A stretch of DNA of 42,216 bases. Origin: a virus. Under the pieces are notes generated by a model. That model was not told where the DNA came from, searched no databases, and saw nothing but the letters and a program-made list of their open reading frames with translations. Made by a program: the position numbers and the translations under genes. Where the stretch lies: IMG/VR virus record IMGVR_UViG_3300013939_000003; one strand, written 5' to 3'. Below, one piece after another: positions 24,330 through 30,856 of this stretch. Numbering within the stretch: the first letter of the stretch is position 1; every line of letters begins with the position of its first letter.

Positions 24330-24485
24330 ATGCGAGGCAAGGCAATCTATCGCTGGAACGTGGTGGACAAGCATACGGGTTCAATCGTAGGCGCGTACTC
24401 CACGGAATCGGGAGCCGCAAGGGCGGCTGTCAAGCTGGCCGAACGGTTCAACAGTCCGGGCCGGTACATCGCCCGCCATCGCTGA
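24330..24485 (+). CDS. Hypothetical early protein (51 aa; below the ORF-track length cut-off)
   Basis: ATG 24330 with GAGG 8 nt upstream. Translation MRGKAIYRWNVVDKHTGSIVGAYSTESGAARAAVKLAERFNSPGRYIARHR has protein-like composition and high GC3. The overlapping GTG ORF 24314..24508 is Arg/Gly-rich shadow-like. Confidence 0.5.
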   Translation: MRGKAIYRWNVVDKHTGSIVGAYSTESGAARAAVKLAERFNSPGRYIARHR

Positions 24486-24916
24486 ACAAGCTGAACGCCA
24501 GCATGTAGCGCAACGGTTGCGACCTAGCGCGCTGGTATGGCCTTGATTCCACGCTTGCATGGCGCTGTATGGATGATCGGGAGAGTTACGCCCAGCAGAC
24601 GGGAGGGCGGTGCACACTGGCAATGTGCACGCGAAGTCGAGGCATCCTCGGCGAGCGTCAAGGGACTACGGAATAACGCCGGAGAAAGGTGCGCACGCAT
24701 TCACAAGCGCATGCTATCGCTCCAATGGCGTGACCTGCCCGAGAACTAGGAAGGCTAGGGACTGTTGCGGTCAGTGCGCCCGAGCTTTGCATTAGCGCAT
24801 GACGCTAGGCATTGCTTCCGTGGGTGCGACACGGCTTCACCACTTCGCACGTGTGTGAATGGTGGTGCACTGACCGCAGCAATTCCGCTGCTGCTATCCT
24901 ATTCGGAGTAAGCAAC

Positions 24917-25387
24917 ATGACCAAGAGCAAGATCATGGACAAGGCCGCAATCGAGAAGGCCATCGACAGCATTGCCAAGACTGGCAAGAAGCTGGACGGC
25001 GACATTCAGGCCGCTGCCGTGGGCTGCATCAACCACATCGACCAATGTGGTGACGTGCGCCTGTTCAATCGCCTGTTCCTCGCCATGCCCAAGGGTGCCC
25101 GCAAGGGTGCGCTGACGCAATGGGCGCTGGCATTCGGCAAGGTCGAGGCCAACACGGGCGACAACAAGAAGGAACAGCCGTTCATCTACGCGAAGGACAA
25201 GGCCACCAATCTGGCTGGTGCCATCGGCAATCCGTGGTACGACTTCGCACCCGAGAAAGCGCCGGATGAAATGTTCGACGTGCGCAAAGCGCTGACTGCC
25301 CTGCTGAACCGTGCGGGCAAGGCGAGCAACGTCAACGACACCGACCTGCTGGCGAAGCTGCGCCAGCTGGAAACCGTGGAGGACTGA
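24917..25387 (+). CDS. Hypothetical early protein (156 aa)
   Basis: ATG 24917 with GGAG upstream. This is the downstream part of track ORF 24812..25387. Lys-rich and helical, with no motif recognised. Confidence 0.75.
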   Translation: MTKSKIMDKAAIEKAIDSIAKTGKKLDGDIQAAAVGCINHIDQCGDVRLFNRLFLAMPKGARKGALTQWALAFGKVEANTGDNKKEQPFIYAKDKATNLAGAIGNPWYDFAPEKAPDEMFDVRKALTALLNRAGKASNVNDTDLLAKLRQLETVED

Positions 25388-25390
25388 GCC

Positions 25391-25531
25391 ATGCGCATGA
25401 CGCAAGCCGAGCGTGAACTGATGCGGGCATCGAACCGTGCGAACAATCGTGCGTATCATGATGCGCGCAAGTGGAGGAACATCGAGGCGTTGGCCGCGCC
25501 GTTGCGTGCGGTGCGTCGCAAGCTGCGGTAA
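25391..25531 (+). CDS. Hypothetical small basic protein (46 aa)
   Basis: ATG 25391 with GGAGGA 8 nt upstream. Translation MRMTQAERELMRASNRANNRAYHDARKWRNIEALAAPLRAVRRKLR. Followed by a hairpin. Confidence 0.45.
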   Translation: MRMTQAERELMRASNRANNRAYHDARKWRNIEALAAPLRAVRRKLR

Positions 25532-25551
25532 TCCGTAAGCGCAAGCAAGCT

Positions 25552-25581
25552 AATGCCCACTGGTGTATGCCGGTGGGCATT
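25552..25581 (+). terminator. Hairpin AATGCCCAC-N12-GTGGGCATT (early-region terminator or processing site)
   Basis: Perfect 9-bp stem, intergenic, with no T-tract. Confidence 0.45.
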
Positions 25582-25610
25582 GTCGTGCGTGTGCACTGAC
25601 GAGGTGAGTT

Positions 25611-25787
25611 ATGGACGGGTTGGCTTTCACTGTGACTGTGATCCTGCCGCTGCTCATGGTGGCGTGCAAGCTGGGCATCATGTTCTCTACGTGGGGACTG
25701 GTGATGGCAGCGACTCGGCTGGTGCAGGCGATCACTCGCTACATCAACGTGAGGACAGTGAATGAAAGCACATCGTCACGCCGATAA
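25611..25787 (+). CDS. Small membrane protein (58 aa)
   Basis: ATG 25611 with GAGGTGAG upstream. Translation MDGLAFTVTVILPLLMVACKLGIMFSTWGLVMAATRLVQAITRYINVRTVNESTSSRR has one or two predicted TM segments. Confidence 0.55.
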   Translation: MDGLAFTVTVILPLLMVACKLGIMFSTWGLVMAATRLVQAITRYINVRTVNESTSSRR

Positions 25788-25932
25788 TATCGGCCACAAC
25801 ATCATCGCCTTGCAGCATCCGAAGCAGGAGACGCTGCATCAATTCGTCCAGCGGTGCGACCAACTGCGTGAAGCGCAGAACGTGGTGCCGGTGGAACCAC
25901 ATGAACCGGAGCTTGAGGATCAACCAGCATGA
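25762..25932 (+). CDS. Hypothetical small His-rich acidic protein (56 aa)
   Basis: ATG 25762 with GAGGA 6 nt upstream. It overlaps the previous ORF by 26 nt and the next by ATGA. Confidence 0.5.
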   Translation: MKAHRHADNIGHNIIALQHPKQETLHQFVQRCDQLREAQNVVPVEPHEPELEDQPA

Positions 25933-26135
25933 ACCAGCAGTATCGAGGCACGGCACCGAAGCCGTACCAATCCGCGCTTGCACCGTGGCAGAACGGACAG
26001 CGCGCGCTGTATCAGGTCATCGACACCAGCGATGGTGATGCGGTGGTCGATACGTTCCGCAATCGTGCACTGGCCGAGCGTCGGTGCGAGACCTCGCCCG
26101 CTTACCGGGTGCGTGAATACCTCATCGGAGGCTGA
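25929..26135 (+). CDS. Hypothetical early protein (68 aa)
   Basis: Track ORF, with ATGA coupling to the upstream ORF. Confidence 0.65.
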   Translation: MNQQYRGTAPKPYQSALAPWQNGQRALYQVIDTSDGDAVVDTFRNRALAERRCETSPAYRVREYLIGG

Positions 26136-26137
26136 CC

Positions 26138-26308
26138 ATGTGGCACGTGTGGGAAGAAGATCAGACCGGACAGGGCTTGTCGTACCTGTATGCCACGAGG
26201 CGTGAGGCCCGTGCACACATGCGCCGTGTCCGCAACAACCTGTTCATGGGTGGAGCCGGGTGGCTGGTGCGTGGTACGCATCTGCTCACTGGTGCGGAGG
26301 TGGTGTGA
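26138..26308 (+). CDS. Hypothetical early protein (56 aa)
   Basis: ATG 26138 with GGAGG 6 nt upstream. Ends in TGATG coupling to the next ORF. Confidence 0.55.
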   Translation: MWHVWEEDQTGQGLSYLYATRREARAHMRRVRNNLFMGGAGWLVRGTHLLTGAEVV

Positions 26309-26556
26309 TGTTCGAGAAGATCAAGCGCCTGCTCACGCCCAAGAGTGCACGCCGCTACACCGTGCGGCTGCTGAACAACAAGACTGGTGCACGCACACCG
26401 AGCCGTGATGGTGCGGGTGTGCATGGTGGACAGTGGAATGCCAAGCATGGCAGCTTCCTGTTCAATCAGGAGTGTGCCGAGTGGTACTGCTACGTGCGGA
26501 ACCACGACAAGACCTTGCCTGCTCACGTGCAGGCGTACACCGAACGAGTCATCTGA
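26308..26556 (+). CDS. Hypothetical early protein (82 aa)
   Basis: Internal ATG of track ORF 26260..26556, with GGAGG 7 nt upstream. Confidence 0.65.
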   Translation: MFEKIKRLLTPKSARRYTVRLLNNKTGARTPSRDGAGVHGGQWNAKHGSFLFNQECAEWYCYVRNHDKTLPAHVQAYTERVI

Positions 26557-26585
26557 CCAAGGGCATAGCCCGCAAGGAGAGTACC

Positions 26586-26912
26586 ATGTACCAGCGCACC
26601 ACCACGGCAAGCCGTCGCCACGTCCGCATGCTGAACACCAACTGGTTGCACATCAGCCAGTGGTTCAAGCCGACCAAGATCAAGGACGCACTCGGCATCG
26701 AGACCGTGCACATGATCCCGCAGATCACACGCACCATGCCCAACGCCAAGGGCGAGGCGGTGCAGGTTCCGCATGGCAGCACGTATAACGTGGGCCGCAA
26801 CCGCTTCAAGCGTGCGTGCCGTACGCTGGGGCTGAACCGTGTCAAGGTCGAGCGCAACCTGCGTGCCGGTCAGAGCGCCGAGTACGTGATGGCGCAGGCT
26901 GGTGTGCTGTGA
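26586..26912 (+). CDS. Hypothetical early basic protein (108 aa)
   Basis: Internal ATG of track ORF 26433..26912, preceded by AAGGAGA. Confidence 0.7.
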   Translation: MYQRTTTASRRHVRMLNTNWLHISQWFKPTKIKDALGIETVHMIPQITRTMPNAKGEAVQVPHGSTYNVGRNRFKRACRTLGLNRVKVERNLRAGQSAEYVMAQAGVL

Positions 26913-28063
26913 GTGGGCAGCGTTACGTTCCTGTCAAGCTGATCGCTGGCAAGGAGTACGTGCTGCGCAATGGCAGGCATGTGACCGTGCGGGAGAACCC
27001 GCACTGGCAGTGCCGTGTCAACTACCCGTTCGCTGTCATCCAAGGCCCGGACTTCGTGGTGTACTACGACGAGGAAGGGAACACGGGTGGAGGTACTGCA
27101 CACGAGCATGACATCATGCGTCCTGTGTACAAGGACGGCGAGGTGTACCTTGATCGCAACGGCAAGCGCCGAGTCATTGACCTCGATGACAACAGCAGTA
27201 CCTATCCGCTGGAAGATGACGAGCGCGATGAGTCGTGGACACGTGACGGCAGAGTGAGTCACTGCGCAACGAGTGAACGTGAGGATGATCTCATGGACTA
27301 CGAGCAGCCGAAGCGGGGCGCGCTTTTTGCCCTGCTTGGTCAGCCTGTATTCAAGTTCCCGTCGAAGCCGATCTTCCCGCCTCCGATCTTCAATCCCATC
27401 GATAACATCCCGATCCCGCCGCCCGAACCCGCTGACCCTTGGGTTGGTAAGCGCGTGCACTTACGTGAAGATGGGCGTGAAGGTTACGGTGTGGTGCACA
27501 AGCGCATGTCTAGTGGCAGCGACTGTTACACCATCAAGGTGGATGAGCCGTGCGACTGGGGCCACAGCGGTGATGGCGATCTCGGACAGCGTGGTTGGAA
27601 TGTACACAAGGGCAACTTGACTCTCGCCGAGTTGCAAGGCAAGCGTGCCGATCTTGTCATCGTTGACGAGGTGTTCGCCGTGCCTGAACTTGCACCTGTC
27701 GAAGCGTCACCATCGCTCGTTGGTCTGCGCGTCGAAGTTAATCTCGACTGCGCCACCACTGCCAGAGGCGTGGTCAAGTTCGAGGACACCGATGGTTACG
27801 TCGCTGTCGAGATCGACGCCGACGTGCAGTGGCAAGGGTTGCACAGTTGCAACGGCCACTGCAATGACGAGCGTGGTTGGTGGGAGCTGCGTGATTCGCT
27901 GCGCGCAGTGAGCGAGGCCGAGACACCAGTCGAGGCCGAGCGTAGCGAGGCACTGACCGAGGTGGATGTTGCCGAAGTGTGGGCTGCATACCGCATCAAC
28001 CCGAGCATCGACATCGACTCGTGGATCGCAGCACGACGCAAGCTCAAGGCTGCTGCCAAGTAA
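26909..28063 (+). CDS. Hypothetical early protein (about 384 aa) with an internally duplicated domain
   Basis: GTG 26909 overlaps the upstream stop (GTGA); the start is uncertain. It is the largest early ORF, with a Pro-rich linker (PIFPPPIFNPIDNIPIPPPEP) and two similar about 60-aa segments. Confidence 0.7.
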   Translation: MSGQRYVPVKLIAGKEYVLRNGRHVTVRENPHWQCRVNYPFAVIQGPDFVVYYDEEGNTGGGTAHEHDIMRPVYKDGEVYLDRNGKRRVIDLDDNSSTYPLEDDERDESWTRDGRVSHCATSEREDDLMDYEQPKRGALFALLGQPVFKFPSKPIFPPPIFNPIDNIPIPPPEPADPWVGKRVHLREDGREGYGVVHKRMSSGSDCYTIKVDEPCDWGHSGDGDLGQRGWNVHKGNLTLAELQGKRADLVIVDEVFAVPELAPVEASPSLVGLRVEVNLDCATTARGVVKFEDTDGYVAVEIDADVQWQGLHSCNGHCNDERGWWELRDSLRAVSEAETPVEAERSEALTEVDVAEVWAAYRINPSIDIDSWIAARRKLKAAAK

Positions 28064-28077
28064 CAGGGACTAGGCCG

Positions 28078-28101
28078 GTGCCCATCCATAGTGGTGGGCA
28101 C
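28078..28101 (+). terminator. Hairpin GTGCCCA-TCCA tag TGG-TGGGCAC after the 384-aa ORF
   Basis: 7-bp plus 3-bp stem with a one-nucleotide bulge. The stem sequence is related to the 25552 hairpin (TGCCCA...TGGGCA). Confidence 0.4.
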
Positions 28102-28146
28102 TCACGTATTCCCTGCGCAATGTGCGCTAACTCAGGAGTCAGAACC

Positions 28147-28500
28147 ATGAGGTTCGCAGACAAGACGACGATCTACATCCCGAGCCACTTCATCAGCATG
28201 CTTACTGGTGAGATTGCCGAGATCATCAAGACCCTCACGCAACAGATCGGTGGAGTTACCATCGAGTCTGCACGTGGTGGATACGTGATGGACGACGGCT
28301 CCCTCTGCGTCGAGGGCATCAGCAAGGTGTCGTGGTGGCACGCACCGCAAGAGCCTGCTCTCATTCACGTGTGTAAGATTGCACGTGCATTGATCGAGCG
28401 CGGCGAGGAGGCGGTACTCGTTGAGTACCAGCGTGAGGCGGGCACCGTCGCCCGTCTGCTGACCAAGGTGGACGTGGAGGAACAGGACGATGAGTGCTAA
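28147..28500 (+). CDS. Hypothetical early protein (117 aa)
   Basis: Internal ATG of track ORF 27979..28500, preceded by AGGAG. Confidence 0.7.
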   Translation: MRFADKTTIYIPSHFISMLTGEIAEIIKTLTQQIGGVTIESARGGYVMDDGSLCVEGISKVSWWHAPQEPALIHVCKIARALIERGEEAVLVEYQREAGTVARLLTKVDVEEQDDEC

Positions 28501-29089
28501 GGACAACGCCGTCAAGCTGGCGAACTTCCTGCTTGACCTCGCCGACCGTGAGAACCCTGATCGCACTGCGTATGACACGTGCACCACGTCGTTCGAGTAT
28601 GCTGCGCAAGAGCATGGCTTCAACCTGCTCGGCTGCGGTTACTTCGCTGACGTGTTCTCGCACCCGAGTGCACCGGGCTACGCCATCAAAGTGTGCGTCC
28701 GTGATGGGGACTCGTCGCCTGCGTACATGGCATGGGCACGTGCCAACCCCGGCCCGCATGTGCCACGCATCCATCACCTCAAGCGTCACGGTCAGTACGT
28801 GGTAGCTGTGCTGGATCAGTTGCAGGAAATGAACTACGGTGCGGAGTGTGAGTACGAGGAATACCTCGACCGCTACTTGTCCAAGACCAATGACCACCCG
28901 GCCAACCTCGTAGCGCAGCGCATCCGTCGATTCTTTGACGGTGCATGTACCTTCGACCTGCATCCTGCGAACTGCATGATGGACAAGAACAACCAGCTGG
29001 TGCTGACCGACCCGGTGTCGTTCAGTGACAGCGAGAAATCCCGTGCGCTGCGCACAGGGATCGAGCGCGCGTTTGACATCGCCGCTTGA
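28490..29089 (+). CDS. Minimal protein-kinase-like early protein (199 aa)
   Basis: Gly-rich loop LGCGYFADVF, then YAIKV (candidate catalytic Lys67). Catalytic loop FDLHPANCM (Asp156, Asn161), then VLTDP (Asp174, DFG-equivalent). The order and spacing fit a compact kinase/phosphotransferase fold. Confidence 0.6.
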   Translation: MSAKDNAVKLANFLLDLADRENPDRTAYDTCTTSFEYAAQEHGFNLLGCGYFADVFSHPSAPGYAIKVCVRDGDSSPAYMAWARANPGPHVPRIHHLKRHGQYVVAVLDQLQEMNYGAECEYEEYLDRYLSKTNDHPANLVAQRIRRFFDGACTFDLHPANCMMDKNNQLVLTDPVSFSDSEKSRALRTGIERAFDIAA

Positions 29090-29132
29090 CTGATCGCAGC
29101 ATGTTGCAACATCAACTCAACAAGGAGAAATC

Positions 29133-29393
29133 ATGGCTCTCGTACTGCCTCCGCTGTCCGTCGATACCCTGACCGCTGGCAAGCGCGTCGTGTACTACGA
29201 TCCCACTGCCGACAAGGCCGGTGAGAAGTACGGCACCGTCGTGTCCGTGGCTCGTGGTGTGTCGGGCACCGACGTTCCGTACACCGTGACCGTCGCACCC
29301 GAAGCGGGTGGCGCGAACATCACCGGCTCGTCCCAGTTCTTCCGGGTGGTCGATGACTTCGTGCAGCCGCCGCTGCGTGACCCGAACGTCTGA
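29133..29393 (+). CDS. Hypothetical protein (86 aa)
   Basis: AAGGAGA SD, followed by an intrinsic terminator. Confidence 0.75.
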   Translation: MALVLPPLSVDTLTAGKRVVYYDPTADKAGEKYGTVVSVARGVSGTDVPYTVTVAPEAGGANITGSSQFFRVVDDFVQPPLRDPNV

Positions 29394-29401
29394 TCCATCT
29401 T

Positions 29402-29432
29402 GGCAGTGCTGCGCTTGCGGCACTGCCTTTCT
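29402..29432 (+). terminator. Intrinsic terminator
   Basis: GGCAGTGC / GCACTGCC 8-bp stem (29402-29409 pairs with 29420-29427), then TTTCTCCTT. Confidence 0.7.
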
Positions 29433-29474
29433 CCTTCACCACCGTAGTACCACCATCACCAACGAGGATACACC

Positions 29475-29822
29475 ATGAGCGAGAACACCAACGAGCAGCC
29501 GACCGTCACCACCCTGCTGGACGAGCGTATCAAGGACGCACGTGAGGATGTGACGAAGGCGCAGGCCAAGCTCGACAAGCTGCTGATCGAGAAGGCGAAC
29601 CGCGACCGCATCGAGAACCTTGCCGCTGGCACTGCCATCAAGTTCGAGTATGGCCGTGGCGAGAAGCGCCGTGTGCTGGACGGCACCGTCGTTGCCATCG
29701 GCGATGACCCGAAGCTGGGTCGTCTGCTGGCCGTGCAGTCGGGCGAAGGTCTCGACGTGCAGACCTACAAGATTCGTGCGGCTGACGTACTGTTCGATGA
29801 CGCGCAGGAGGCGAGCGAGTAA
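29475..29822 (+). CDS. Hypothetical protein (115 aa)
   Basis: GAGGA SD. N-terminal helix followed by a beta-rich C-terminal part. Confidence 0.75.
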   Translation: MSENTNEQPTVTTLLDERIKDAREDVTKAQAKLDKLLIEKANRDRIENLAAGTAIKFEYGRGEKRRVLDGTVVAIGDDPKLGRLLAVQSGEGLDVQTYKIRAADVLFDDAQEASE

Positions 29823-30037
29823 TGCGCACCTACGACTACCTGCATCAAGGTCTGACGGAGGGTGGCTCGGCCACTGCGGGCAAGACCTACACCGTGATCC
29901 GTACCAAGCAGAACCTCAAGGGTCTGACCGATGGCTGGATCGCAAGCAAGTTCGTGACCGAGGATGGCCTGCGTCTGTTCGTGCGTGAAGGCACTGGCAG
30001 CGTGGCGTACTTCGGACGCGACGACATCCTGCGGTAA
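29822..30037 (+). CDS. Hypothetical protein (71 aa)
   Basis: TAATG coupling to the upstream ORF. Confidence 0.7.
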   Translation: MRTYDYLHQGLTEGGSATAGKTYTVIRTKQNLKGLTDGWIASKFVTEDGLRLFVREGTGSVAYFGRDDILR

Positions 30038-30055
30038 TCACAACGAGGTGAAGCA

Positions 30056-30856
30056 ATGGAAGTTCGCATCGAACACGACGAGTTCCTGCCACACGCAGAG
30101 CAGCTTGCTGTCGGTGGGTCGGTGCGAGTGAAGCATTGCAACCACAACCGCACCATGATAGTGAGCCGTGATGTTGGTAAGGTCACGGCTCACTGCTTCC
30201 GGTGTGGTGGCAGGGGATACAAGCAAGAGCAGGAGAACTTGCAGGACAAACTCAATCGCATCGCAGCCGAACACCACGCTGAACGCGAGGTGGTGGCAAG
30301 CCTCAGCTTGCCTGAGCCACGGGTCTATGACCTTAAACTGTGGCCGAGAGACGCGGCTCTGTGGTTGTACTCGTCAGGGTTCTCTCCTTCCATGATCGCA
30401 CGACTCGGTGCATACTGGTGCCCGGAGATCGGGCGGGTAGTATTGCCGGTCATGGAGGACGGCCATGCAGTTTTCTGGCAGGCGCGCGCTACGAACCGCA
30501 AGCCCAAGATACTCTCGCCGCGCATGCGACGGGGTGGACTGGTTGCGAAGTACGGCGTAGGCGACACTGTTGTACTGTGCGAGGACATGCTCTCGGCGTA
30601 CAAGGTAGGCCAGATCACGGAGGCATGGTCGCTGCTCGGCACGGCATTGAATCCTGCACCACTCGCAGAGATTCTGTACCGTGGATGTGATGTGATCGTG
30701 TGGCTCGACGGCGACAAGCCGGGGCAAGATGCCGCAGCAAAAATTCTAAAGACGTTGCGCGCGCATGGCATTGCAGTGCGCAACATCGTGACAGAGAAAG
30801 ACCCGAAGAAATACAATCGTGCATTCATTAAGGAGCAACTATGTCTCTCGACCTGA
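30056..30856 (+). CDS. DNA primase (zinc-binding domain plus TOPRIM)
   Basis: CNHN...CFRCGG zinc motif. TOPRIM residues are LCEDMLSAYK and VWLDGDKPGQDAA. Confidence 0.85.
   Translation: MEVRIEHDEFLPHAEQLAVGGSVRVKHCNHNRTMIVSRDVGKVTAHCFRCGGRGYKQEQENLQDKLNRIAAEHHAEREVVASLSLPEPRVYDLKLWPRDAALWLYSSGFSPSMIARLGAYWCPEIGRVVLPVMEDGHAVFWQARATNRKPKILSPRMRRGGLVAKYGVGDTVVLCEDMLSAYKVGQITEAWSLLGTALNPAPLAEILYRGCDVIVWLDGDKPGQDAAAKILKTLRAHGIAVRNIVTEKDPKKYNRAFIKEQLCLST

Noticed and set aside
24370-24395. GGTTCAATC, reminiscent of a tRNA T-loop.
   Set aside because: The flanking bases cannot form a T-stem (ACGGG against GTAGG), and no acceptor or anticodon arms can be drawn. It lies inside the 51-aa ORF.
24314-24508. 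GTG-initiated 64-aa ORF overlapping the first early gene.
   Set aside because: Its start would sit inside the promoter -10/SD region. The product is Arg/Gly-rich and shadow-like. The alternative frame (24330..24485) has a proper SD spacing and better codon bias.
24537-24749. 70-aa ORF in the ORF-poor early stretch.
   Set aside because: It has no SD, several rare codons (aga, cta, gga), only moderate GC3, and a Cys/Arg/Trp-rich product. It is kept only as an alternative explanation under the corresponding finding.
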